Source: Hydrolagus colliei
Lineage: Eukaryota
Direction of reading: 5' to 3'
Assembly: GCA_035084275.1 (NCBI GenBank)
Contig: CM068746.1
Coordinates: 39,308,001-39,372,000, forward strand
DNA: 64,000 bases
Shown piece after piece: positions 12,093 to 24,960 of this stretch. The notes below the pieces were generated by a model. The model was given only the letters and a program-made list of their open reading frames with translations, did no database searches and was not told the origin of the DNA. Both the position numbers and the translations under genes were made by a program. Every line of letters begins with the position of its first letter. Position 1 is the first letter of the stretch.

Positions 12093-14635
12093 TATTGCTG
12101 AGAATGTTGTAGAGGAACAACAACAACAGCAACAACAAAATTACATTTATAGAGGGCCTTCCACGTTGGGAGAACATCCCAAGGCGCTGAAAGCAACCTA
12201 TTCTGTGATGTAACATGGCATTGCGTGAAGACTTTCTTACTGGACTCCAGTTCCTTGTAAGATACTTCACTTTTACCAAAGACCCATTAGATATTGAAAG
12301 GTTTGTTGGAAAATCACTGCTGCATTTACACTTAATAGAATTGGACCTATTAAATAATTGGGTCGGGGTGGGGAGTATCCTGTCTGCAGGTGTCCTGCTC
12401 TTCAGCAAGAACTGTTCTTGAGCAGAGTAACCTGCATTACTCCAAATAGAAAAATCAATAGCTGCTGAAACTATGTTTGACAGTTCAAGTATACACTCGT
12501 GTGGCTGATACTAAACTGATCAATAAAACACAGCCATCAGAATACCTTTGCAGTTAAATTGTCTGTTAGCATTATCTTATCATTCAGCTGACCCCTTCAA
12601 TCAGCAATCAATCAATGGGGACAGGGCTATCGGTTGCCATCTTCACCCTCAGTGTCCAATTTTTATTAACAATAATAATAATAAATTAATCCTCGCATTT
12701 GATGTAGCAACGTATCACCTTGTTGAGTCATCCCATCGCGCTTCACAGAATACATTTCAAAGTGGATTAGCTGAATGTTTTTTTGTGGGCGAAACGCGGC
12801 AGCCAATTGCGCGCAGCAGTGTGCCACAAACAGTTGTGCGTTGAGTGACCCGGTTATTATTCCTGGAAGGTTTAATAGAACCCCGAAATGTGATCCGCCA
12901 AACAAGTTACTGGTTTCACAAGATCACAGGAGTGGTTTGGAGTGGTTTGATCTCTTGATCAAATGCAAGGCTTATTATTATTATTTGTTTAACTGCAGCT
13001 CACTCCCCCTTTTACAGCTCAATGATCACCCTCCCTCCCTCTCTCAATCCCTCCCTTGATAGCTACTCTAATTGACATCAGCAGTTTCATCAAAAACCCC
13101 AAGGGAACAGATCTGGGACCTCTTATGTCTCGAGGCTCAGTTCCACATTGGGCAGCGAATTCACTGACTGAACCATCTACAGACTCTTAAAACATCTTCA
13201 CCCATGAAAGTGGTTCACTTGTAAACTCCGAATATTAAGCTGTGTGCGTTAGGTGCTTGACTGGATGAGTGTAAAGCATTTCTGAGCTGTGCATTATTCT
13301 GTGAGACACACGGCATTGGCAGGTAAAAGTCATGTGATTTTAACATACAATCAATTCACATTTTACAATATATAGTATAATAATAATCCTACATTTGCTA
13401 ATAAAAAATAATAATCCTTGCATTTGCCTTAGCACGGCTTTGAGACATCTCATAACACTTCACTGTATATTTTGTGGGTGAAACACGGCAGCCAATTATT
13501 GCCTACGAACAGTAGGGAATTAGGTTACCAACTTCTTCTTATGAATAATAATTAATAATTCCTATTACCTGAAATTATTATTTAACGTCACACAGAATTG
13601 TGGAAAATTCTTAAATCCTTTAATAATAATATTTTGCGTGAAGGGTGTTGTGACGTAGCATGCAAGGATTATGATTACAGTATTACTGTGTTATTATTAT
13701 TGCCGTACTATTATTATCAACGCCTTGGGATGTCTTCCTGATGAGAAAGGCGCTTTACAAATGTAATTTTGTTGTTGTTGATCTTGTTGCCATGTGTTGA
13801 TCCATCATATTAATGAGAGACAACATCCTTTTTGTTTCACCTGATACTATTTTAATTTGAAATTAATTGACTGGCTAGTTAGCACAACTAATCAGACCAG
13901 TTGACGCTGTCTGACTGCTGGATAGGGAAGGGCAAGGTTTACATTTAAATTAATGGGAGATTCGATGGATTATAGCTGTTTTCTTTGCAAGGATAAATTT
14001 AAATAGGAATCAGCGAATAACCGTAACAAATACGAAACTACCAGAATTTTAATGGGCTGCAGTCAATGGAACAAGTTGGCTTTACAAACCAATTATGTGT
14101 TGGTTTTACAGAAAGCAATTTTGCTGTTTATTCAAACCATAATTAATGATGTTTAATCCTCGTGCATTGGGGTTTGGGTAAGAACGAATTGAGTTGAATA
14201 GAAAATCACATGTACTGTTCTTTTTTTATATCTTCCTATTTTCATTTTGAGTAAAACATTGCCTACAACATACGCAGAGTCACACCACTGTACAGCCTAT
14301 ATTGTGAAGACCTTCCTCTTTGACCATGCATTAGTTTGGTCGCTGTCCTATCCCCACCTTCCCTATGCTCCACCACTCCTGATCCCAAGCTAGCCCAGCT
14401 CAGATACACATCCTTGTCTGTTAAGTGCTTTGGGATGCCTTCCTTAACGTGAAAGATTTCTATGCAATTTGTTGTTGTTGTTCTTGCGAGGATTATTCCC
14501 GCAGTGAATCCCAGGCAAGGCTTAGATATACATAGTCTCTGTGAATAGTGATACAGTGGGGAATTACTCTACTCCTTCAATCCTTTGGCCCCCCTTTTAC
14601 AGTCACGTGTGACATCCTCGGTTCTCTACAATGTG

Positions 14636-15001
14636 AAATTCTGTAGCTCAGTGGTTACAGCACTCACCTCACAAGCAAGTGGACCTGAGTTTGATTCCCA
14701 AGCAGCACAAAACATTAGGCAATTTTCCTTATTGCACACACCAATGTTTATCCAGCAGTAAGTAGGAAACCAGTTGTTAGTCGACTGGCAGATTGCTTTT
14801 TTGGGGGTAACAATCCCTTAAATAATAATTTGGTCACTCAAACTATGACTGTTTGTGGGCCACTGCTGTGCGCAATTGGCTGCCATATTTCGCCCACAAA
14901 ATATACAGTCATTCAGTTTTCAATATATTCTTTGAAGCGCTTTGAGACGTCTCGAATATGTGATCAGGCGCTATATGAAATGCAAGGTTTATTATTATTA
15001 T
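14636..15001 (+). mobile_element. tRNA-headed SINE, long variant, full length
   Basis: A-box TAGCTCAGTGG, B-box-like GAGTTTGATTCC, CAGCAGTAAGTAGGAA segment, 3' body and (TTA)n tail. Confidence 0.9.
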
Positions 15002-16652
15002 CTGTGTTCTTAGTCCTATGCTTTGGGTTACAATTAGAGATAGCCCGTCCAATTTTTCAGTCGCTAATCCTTTGGCCCAGGAGAGCTTGGATTTCAACTC
15101 CTCTTGGGAGACTAAATTAAGCAAATGAAACTAAATTAACCCACAGTCTATAATTTAGGAATTGGCATTGCTTGTCTTAAGATCTGGGCGAGGGCTGTAT
15201 TGTCAGATGTGCTGCCCTTTGGATCAGACGTTATACTGAGCTGTGTGTTCAGTTGAGTATTAAAAATCCCACAGCCCGATTCCATAAAGGGAGGGCAGGT
15301 TCACCCGGTGTCCTGGACAACAGATAAAACTGATCACTTTGATTAACTTTGTGCCTGTTTATGGGAGATTAGTATGTGAAGATTATTATTATTATGATTG
15401 TCCATATTTTTTAAGCGCTGTGTGTAATTAACCTTAGCCCAGTGCTTTAGGAATGAACAGATTTTCTTTTCTTCCCACTGGCGTAGAATCCAACTCACTG
15501 TGACACTGTACAGCTGTGATGACTGTGTGTGAGGGAGAGCAAGCCACAGCTCGAAGCGGGTGTCCAATGTATATCGCATGCAAAACGATTTGCCCCCAAA
15601 ATACACAGTCAATCTACATTACAGTATATTTTATGAAGTGCTTTGAGACGTCCCAACGACGTGATAAGGCGCCATATCAAATGCAAGGATTATTTTTATT
15701 ATTAGAATGGTGCCATACAGGATACACTCACCTACAAATACACAGTCACTCCACTGTACAGTAAAATCCTTCTAGTAAAAAAAACTTGCATTTGATAAAG
15801 CTCCTCATTATGTCTTTGAGATTTTCAAAGATTTCACAGTATAGACCGTAAGGTGAATCGACTGTATATTTTGTGGGCAAACCAGTGAAACCCTGTGATC
15901 TGAAAGGGAGCTGTGTCAAATGCGGGGATGATAATAATAATATTTTCTGTATTATTATTAATAATAATATATAAATTCTGCCTGGAGGGAAATTATATAC
16001 AGCATCCCCCATCTCCACCCCTCTTCCCCCGACCAAAACACTATGTCGAATGGTTGAAAGCTTCGGCAATGACAGATTAACAACCTACAAAGCACTGTAA
16101 TTGTATATACGACTCCCACTGCCAGTGTTTCACACAGCGCCTACAGTGCAGGTACAGTCTATTGTAATAATAAATAATATCTTTGCAAAGGGAGAACAGC
16201 AGGTGGACAGGCACTAGGTGTTGTTCAGCAGACCATTAAAGTGAAGTATTTAACAAGGCTGTCAAGACAATCAGGAGCAGGTGGTTAACAACGGAGAGAG
16301 CTCGCAGGAAATTTATTATGTAAAAACGTAGATAGATTAATTGTCAGCCGTGATTTGCGGCGATTGATTTATCTCTCTTTTCTGGGGGTGGTGGGGGTGG
16401 AGGGTGCGAAATTAAGCACGCTGAACTCACGGTGCAAGCAACAAGCCAACACACAGGGCGTGGTTTATGCAGCGAGCGAGTCGGAGTTAACCCTTTTCCA
16501 TCCTTCCCCACCTGTTAATTAATTCAGGCCCCACATTGGAGCTTCCGGTCTAGGCTGACCTCTCTCTCCTGTTCTGCCGTCAGGAGATGCCATCCTGTAG
16601 ATTTGACGCGAAATCGTTCTCTTGTCTGCCTACTCGCTATATGGACATTGCA

Positions 16653-16994
16653 GATTCCTGTAGCGTAGGAGGTACGACACTCGCCTCACGAGTAAGAGGA
16701 CCCGGGTTTGATTCTTAGGCAAGTTTCCTTACTCCACACGCCTCTGTTTACCCAGCAGTAAGCAGGAATCCAGTTGTTAATCAGTTGGCATATCGCTTTC
16801 TGGGAGTAACGATAATAATAAACCTCGCATTGGATCCAGATCGCGCCATTGAGACGTCTCAGATCGCTTCACAGAATGTAAAGTAGATTGACTGTGTATT
16901 TGGCAGAGAAATTGTGGCAGGTAGTTGTACATAGCAGTGTCCCATCAACAGCCGTGGATTGAGTGGCCACATTTTGTATTCGCGGGATTATTAC
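16653..16994. mobile_element. SINE with 5' half forward and 3' half inverted
   Basis: Forward head 16653-16810, then reverse-complement tail and body 16812-16994. Confidence 0.8.
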
Positions 16995-19728
16995 AACAAC
17001 TTCAACTACAACTTTGATTTATATTGCGCCCTCCATGCCGGACGGCGTCTCAGAGCGCTTCAAAATATAGGGCATTAGGACAAAAAGATCTGCCAAGATC
17101 TTCTAAACTATTGTTCCTGTTGTGGACCTCGCTGGTGCAAATTGTCTGCCTGCAAAGAACAATGATCCGCACTTCAGGATAATTAGTTGTGAAAGAAACA
17201 CTTTGAGACTCTTTCAACATGATCCAAAAGGCTCTATAAAAAGGCGAGCTCTCTCTTCCAGTCTGGCGATCTCAACCTACCCTTCATATCTGCTCCATGC
17301 AACTAACAAATGGCATAATCGATGTAGAGTGGGGACGATAATTGCTTAATCAATGAGACGGGGAAAAAATGCAGAATACCAGAGCAGCGAGGGGCAGGAA
17401 GCGACACAGTCATCAATTAGGACAGAATTATCGCAAAATGAAATGTGCGGAAAAGAAGCTTTCTGTATTATAATCACGTTTTGAGGGATCAACAGAAACA
17501 GGAATAGAGTAACGCCTTCTGCACAAAGTACTCTCGTCGAAAAGCCATCGCAATATTGTCTAGTTAATTAGGGGCATCGTTCTCATGCGGAATTAACGCG
17601 AGCCTTACATTTGGTACATGTGACCTGTCCATGTGGCGAGGCCATTTCAAAGCACTTCTTCACGGGATTTTAGTTGGCCCTGTTTGTGTTGCCCGGCCTG
17701 ACCCACTCCGCCATCGCCAAAGTGCAGGTTCAGCTTAACTCAAGTGGAGGAGCTAACCCTCCCTGGGCCAAACAGCCCCCACTCTCATGGTCATCATTTC
17801 TATCCTTCTTATTTCACCTCTTTACGGAGCCCTGTAGTGTATTGCTTCGGGCCCAGGTGGGCAGGGCAAAACCATGGGCAAGTTTCCTTACTCCGCACGG
17901 CTCCTCTGTTTACCTACCAGGAAGTAGGAACTCGGTCAGTCGTCTGACGGATTGATTTTTCGGGGTAATCCCTAAATAATAATAATTTAGTCAGTCAATC
18001 CACGACTGTTTGTGGGACTCTGCAATTGGCTGCCATGTTTCCCTGAGCCAGCTCTCCTTAACCTCGGCCATCCGCTTCCTTCCTCACTCACTCCCTCCCT
18101 CCCTCCCACACAACAAATGGCTCTGGTGTGAAATAAATCCATTTGCCAGTCCCAGTTTGATAGTGCGTCCAATTATTTCCATCGCTAAGCAGCCATTTTC
18201 TCTCTGGCCCTGATTTTAATTGCTTTGGATTTGCATGTATCCTGCAAACAATCGTGGGTGGGTGTGGTTCCTGGGCTCACCGCTTCTCAGGGAGGCAACA
18301 ATTAATGATTCGGTCACTTGGCAATCACCTCTGCAATATTTACGGATCGTTTCATTAACTCATATTCATCAGTGGAGTTTGATTGCTCGGAATGGCTGTG
18401 TGATTACACGAATTTCCAGTTGAACAATTCGCATTTATGACTGAGCCCGCAGACCGAATCAGTCAGTCACTTACTCATTTTGCACGCGTTAGACTGTTGA
18501 AATGCATCCGTTAAGTATCTGCCCGAGATGGGAATAAGTAGAGCATAAATTAAAAGATGATACGTATACACAAACCTCATGCATTGTGAAATATTCATTT
18601 GGGGTATTTTCTCTCCTATTATTTGCTGTACGTGGAGATTGATGTAGTCGTAGGATTTTTCAATTAAACCTTTCATTAAAAGATTTGCAGCACTATTAGA
18701 GCGTAAAGTGCATTGACTTGAGCTGGGATGACTGAAGTGGGGAGTTTAGATTGAATTATTATTTATTATTTTAAACATTTATTATTATTATATTATAATT
18801 ACTTTGAACATAGAGGTGAGTGTTTAACCATAGACTGCAGGAGGCAGTGAAGGCATATTGTAATAATAATAATAATTATCACACACACCTATACACACTC
18901 CTATATTTACCTGTCCTAGCAGTAAGTAGAAACCCGGTTGTTAGTTGTTTGGCAGATCGCTTTCCCGGGGTACTAATAATTCTCAAAAAAATATTGAGGT
19001 TATTCAATCCACGACTGTTTGTGGGACTCTGCTGTGTGCAATTGGCTGCTGCGTTTTGCCCACAAAATATACGGTCAATTCACTTTACAGTGTATCCCGT
19101 GAAGCGCTTTGAGACGTCTAGAAGACGTGAAACGCACGATATCAAATGCAAGGATTGTTACTGTTATTATTATCATCCTTGCAATTGATATAGCGCCTCA
19201 TCAGCTCGTTGTGGCATCTAAAAGCGCTTCGTAGGATAATACTCTTAAGTAGATTAACTGTGTATTTTGAGGGCCAGGAATGGTTAAGCATCTTGCGACA
19301 ACCCGCTGACAAGAATGGAACTATATAAATGTAAATTTGTTTTGCCTTGTTTTGTACATTTGGAGAAATATAGGGAAGGGGAATGATATAAAATGTTACG
19401 TGGAAAGCTGATTGTAATGGGACCAAATGTCACCACAAGAACAATGGACGGAATAGCAAACATTTTACCTTGTCTTGCTTCAAGACAGTGTAAAATTGCC
19501 CCCCCCCCCACCCCCACCCCCAATATGTATTTGATCATCTCAGTCTGTTCCAATCCTTATAAACTCTAGATTTTTTTTTCAAGGAGTTAATCAATATAGC
19601 ATCAACTGCTTTGACTGGGAATCGGTTCCAGATCCTCAGTGTAAATTGAATGTCCTCTTATATTTTATATGGAATCAATCTTTTTTTCCATTTCCTCTGC
19701 TGTTTGATAGCAATGTCGATGTTGCCTG

Positions 19729-19729
<1 letters not shown>

Positions 19730-19767
<38 letters not shown>
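19730..19767. repeat. (TG)19 microsatellite
   Basis: Perfect dinucleotide run. Confidence 0.98.
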
Positions 19768-19768
<1 letters not shown>

Positions 19769-20194
19769 TTTCATTGCCGGTTACCTCACCGCACTGTCTT
19801 TCCTTTGCCCCCACCGCATAATTGTGGTTTCCGCAATCTCTTTTATTTCCCCCTCCCGTCTAAAGGATCTTGTTACAGTGCAGCTTTATGAGAAAGAAGA
19901 TGGAGCTAACCTGGTTACACGCCAACCCACTACCTCTTGCCTCTGCTTGACTGGCCTCGGCCGGCCTCCAGCTAGTCTCTCGTGCCATCCTTTCCACTAT
20001 TGGTAGCCACGAAACTCTGGGATACTCTCCCTCGATCCCTGCGCCTTGCCCCCTCCTGCCCCATCATCAGGCCTGAAGACCTTCCTCTTCGCCCGAGCTT
20101 ATGGATACATCCCCACTCCATCCGTCTCAGCGTTCCGCTCCTCCCCTGTCCAGCGCTCGGGCGCTTACCCTGAATGGGGGCCGTGAGTTCACTT

Positions 20195-20600
20195 TTTGAG
20201 GTCAGCCCTGTGGAAACCCATCACGGCGCTTAAAAGCGTCCAAACCCAACTGAGAGTTTCACACACACATCGTCTTAAGTATGGAAATTTCTGTGGGGCG
20301 GAAACCAACGTGCTGGATGGACGCGCCCTGCTTTGCTTAATCGGGCTCATGTTGGGTCATTGCTTGGTAGCACAAGAGAGTGTGTCGGGGTAACTGCTGT
20401 TATTAAGCCAGTTAAAACTACAGAGCTTATCTGCGAGAGCACTGTCTTGACAAGCTTCCCGCTGCTTGTCCAGCTACGATACATCTGCCCATCAAGATTT
20501 TGGCTCACAACTTTTTAACAGGAGTTAAGATGGAAGAATCCCTGCCTGCAGTGATCTGTCTGCCTGATCCAAGTCCTACCACTGAACTAGACTAGCTATG
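20195..20600 (+). repeat. Unclassified dispersed repeat, longest contiguous copy
   Basis: Collinear matches to 4901, 33305 (-), 47985 (-) and 58345 (-). Confidence 0.7.
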
Positions 20601-21872
20601 CAATCATTAACAGTGCCCTTGAGTAGTATGGACCCGCCTGGCTCAGGAACCGGACTACTGAGACCGCCACAGATGATTGACTTGATTCCAACATTCGGTT
20701 GCCGCGCACGTAACCTTGGAGCCAGCTTAGCTCCCAAGTAGACACCCGCTTAGCTCTCCCCAACCTCCCCCCCTCGCCCCCCCCCCCCCCCAACCCAACC
20801 CAAGAGTATTTTGCGGGCAGACACGGAGGCCAATTTGGGCCGGACAATGTTCCACAAACAGCTGCGAAAGTGGTGAAAGAAGTGACGGAAGAGTAATTCT
20901 GAAGCTGAGCTCCGCAGGGAGATAGACCCGCTTTTGTTTTGTGATTTTCTTTGATGGTGATTATTATTATTATTATTATTATTGTTAATCTTTTGGTCTT
21001 TTCATGTCTGAAGGATTGTATTGTCCTTTGATTACTCGGGGTACGCCCCTGGAGTTTTTGGGAACATGAGCCTTTTATTCTTCTCAAAAAAAAACTCACA
21101 CAAATGATTCGACTTATTAATAACCGAAAGCAGCTTGCCTCGCGCTACGCTCGGCTTTGGGTAGAAACTGAGAAGCGACTCGCATCTGTCAGTGTGCCTC
21201 CGTAGTGGTATCTGTTACATTGTGCTGCAAACGTTGGAACGGGCTGCGAGCCCACACTGTGGCAGAGGAAACCGAGGCTCGATCGAGAACGAGACTCGGA
21301 GGAATGGAGGGATTTTGTGTCGTTTTGTCGAGTCCGGCGATCCTCACTAACGCTCACAGCCAAAGACCGCTCTCGCTTGTTAAAGAGCTCCTCTCAGACA
21401 CTGCCGATGCCCTGCGCGTTCTTTGATAAGAATTATAATTATTTTATTTGATACGGATTATCAAATCCCCCTCACCCCCCCCCCCCCCACCCACCATCCC
21501 ACCTCACCACCATATTCGGGTCCTAACCCTTTACTGTTCAGCGCCTTGTGACGTCCTCCCGACCCGAAAGGCGCTCTCACAAATGTAATTTTGTTGTTGT
21601 TGTTGTTTCACTTCGGGAGAATGCCTCAAAGCGCTTCGCAAGGATTTTGCTGCAAGCTGTAGCAACTGTATTTTGCACACAAAGCCACGAACAGCCGTGA
21701 AGTGAGTGACAAGTTTTATCTGGAGGATCATTGGCCAGGACATTATTCTTTTCGAATAGCTCCACGGGATCATTAACCTCCACTTGGAACAAGCGGACGG
21801 GAACCCGGTTTACATGTCCCACGTGGAAGAAGACACCTCCAGTGCTTGTGCGTCGACACGAGTGAAGGTCTG

Positions 21873-22205
21873 ATCATAATCCTTGCATTTGGCATAGAGC
21901 TTTATCAAGTCGTTGAGTCTCAAAGCGCTTCCCAGAATATACCTTAAAGTGGATTGACTGTATAACTTGTGGGAGATGCGGCAGCCAATTACGCACAGTG
22001 TCCCGCAAACAGTGGTGGATTGAGTGACCAAGTTATTATTTTAGATATACTGTATATTGTTTTGAAGGGATTATAACAACCGGGTTCCTACTTACTGCCG
22101 GATAAACAGAGGCGTGTGGAGTGAGGAAAATTGCCTGTTCGGGAATCAAAGCTGATTTCTCTTGCTTGCGAAGCAGGTGCCTCTAACCTGTACTCTTCAT
22201 GACTC
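21873..22205 (-). mobile_element. tRNA-headed SINE, long variant
   Basis: ATAATCCTTGCATTT..CAACCGGGTTCCTACTTACTG..GGCGTGTGGAGT. Confidence 0.85.
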
Positions 22206-22997
22206 CACAAGTAATCTGAATGCAGTCGGCGGATTAGACCAATGATCCTCCTGGTCTGTGGAACGCTCACACTGAGTATCAATCCTACTACTTTGAGCCA
22301 TGGGGGACATGTTAAACAAGAGACAGAGGTATTTAGTTAACTGCAGCTTCCCATCTCATGCACTCATCATACCAGCGGAAGTGGGTGTTTAATATAAAAT
22401 ACATGAAAATAACATTATTTTTCCCCCCTGTTAAAAAAATAAAATACAAAGTAATCCTGAGTTAATAGCCCCCGAATCGTCCCTGATAAAGTGAGAGTAA
22501 TTGCCACGTCCTTTTTGGTTAAGTGCACTTAAGAGCTTTCATCTCTTTAATATTAAGTGTAACGTTAACAGGGCTGTCAATCACTGCCCGGGGAAAGATA
22601 CTGAGATCAGCAGCTGAGATAGTGCAAAGATGATACTCTTATTATGTTAACACAGGGACTGGATGTCAGTCCCTTGGATACAGGTGACACAGAGGCCTGA
22701 AGGGAAGGCCCATTTCCACACTCCGGATAATTGGCACCCAATCTTCTCCCACTTGCAGCCGTGCATTTTCAGTTATCGAAGCTCCTAGCCATTCTCGACG
22801 ATTGAATCCAGTAAATGGAGTTTAGCTCCTTAGATAACCCCAGAGAGATTTGCCAGTCCACGAAGCAACAGGGAACATTTGAATTTTTCAGACTTACATA
22901 TCAGACACCTACCCACACACTGATACCCTACTTGAATACAAAGTCGCTGACTGAGATCTCAGATTGACTGTTTCAAGTTATAAGTTTACATGTTTAA

Positions 22998-23390
22998 ACA
23001 TTGGGAAAGTTTCCTTACTCCACCCGCCTCTGTTTACCCAGCAGTAAGTAAGATCTCAAACATTTGTCATTTTGGCAGATCATTTTCTGAGGGTAATACA
23101 ACAACAACAACAACAACAACCACAAAATTACATGGATACAGGGCCTTTCACATCGGGAGGACGTCCCAAGGCACTGAACAGTTGGGATGGGACCCGAGCA
23201 ATATTTTTAAATAAAAATAATAATAGTTTGGTCACTCAATCCACGACTGTTTTTGGGACACACTCTGTGTGCGTAATTGGCTGCCAAAAATATACAATCA
23301 ATTCAGTTTACAATAAGTTCTGTGAAATGATTTGAGATGTCTCAAAGACACGGTAAGGCGCAATATCAAATGCAAGGATTATTATGATTA
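22998..23390 (+). mobile_element. SINE (5'-truncated long variant) with an antisense L2 tail nested at ~23098-23200
   Basis: SINE segments on either side of (CAA)n..CCTTTCACATCGGGAGGACGTCCCAAGGCACTG. Confidence 0.8.
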
Positions 23391-24649
23391 TCACTGGTAA
23401 TAACTAACAAATGGAGCGTTCCAATATCCCCCTCCCTTAGCATGTAACCCCCGGTAGTTGGGGTTTTTGAGCAGAAACCAAACAGATGGCAAACACCAAG
23501 AGACGTAGTCAGAGGATGAGAGTGGACAAGATATTTCCATGGCCGATACAGTAATCCATTGTTCACCGTGGTGTGAAATGGGAAAAAATATTAATGAGGA
23601 TTTTTAACAGGTTTTACTGCCCATGAAATCAGCCGAAGCTGCTTTGGAACTGTCGTGCCATTAGATGTGCAATTCTAATTCATTTGGGATCAGTACTTTT
23701 GCTTCGGAAACATGACTGGACTCTTGAAAAGGGCCTCATTGGGATAAATAGTTTCAGGGTTTTTCTCGTACGTCAATGAATCACGCGACGATTCACATTT
23801 ATAAAGAGCCTTTTGCGTCACTGGGACGACTCAGAGACTCAGGGACATTGTGTAGTTGGCTGAGAGGATGTCACTGAGGAGATGGGGTGGAGAAGGTACG
23901 GTCACAAATATTATAAAAATAATAATAATCCTCAAATTTGATTTAGCGTCTTACCAAGTCATTGAGGCATCTCAAAGAGCTTCATGGCACTTATACGTAA
24001 AGTGGAGCGACTGTGTCATTTCTGGGCGAAATCACACAAGGCCCCATTTGTGGCATCCAACAACGACTGGCGTTCATACATCTCTCTTCATGTTGGAGTA
24101 GTGTCTCGGAGTACTACCTCATCCCACCTCACTGACTACATCAATCACTCGGGAACCCAACAGAGGAACCAAATCAACAAAGAACCATCAAGTTGAGCCA
24201 GAGTTGAACAACATCAAGGCTCCTGCAACATGCTCGGCTTGTTACATTGGCTCTTATTCAGCACATTTACTCCAGTCCTCTGCTCTTCCCTTTGCACTGA
24301 CATTTTGATAGATGTACCAGTGAAGGAGCTGGGTGGTGGGGGGTGGAGGCAGAGGGAGGGGGTTTTGTGGCTGTGTTCCTAGTACTAGCAGCCTGTGCTG
24401 AATGAGTGGGATGGTGTGTGGTTGCTGAGTACAACAGTTAATCCAGGGCACCGTCCCAGGAGCTAAGAACAGCCTGTTCTTTCTGGAAACCAGCCACCGT
24501 TCTGCCATTTGTACGCACTTGCTCGTAGGGAGTCTCTGTAAGACGGTATGAGGTTGCAGACAGTACTGCGGGTGGCAAGAGATGGCATTGAGTGTGTGTG
24601 AGTGTGTTTCCCTTGTCTCTGTTGGTTCTGTTCTTGCCTTGTCATCATT

Positions 24650-24960
24650 CTTCATCTTCAAGATCCACGGTCGTGTGTTTAAATCCCTCCGCTCCTCTGT
24701 GCCCACCCCACTTCGCTAACCTCCACTCTCCTCATAGCAGTACCCCCGCTGCCTCCCCTCTCCTGGGCCCTGCCTCCTCCTTTTGTCCCCCGAATTCTCC
24801 ACTCCACAATCAGCAGCCGTGCTTTCAGCCACTACGCCCTGAAACTTTGGAACTGCCTCCCACAACCCCTTCACTTCGCGCCCTCCTTTCCCATCTGCAG
24901 GTCACGCCTGAAAAGTTTTCTCTTCGACCTGATAAGGCGCTCTATCAACTGCGAGTTACT
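24650..24960 (+). mobile_element. L2 LINE 3' fragment
   Basis: TTCAAGATCC..GCAGCCGTGCTTTCAGCCACTACGCCCCTGAAACTTTGGAAC, homologous to 49735-50000. Confidence 0.75.
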
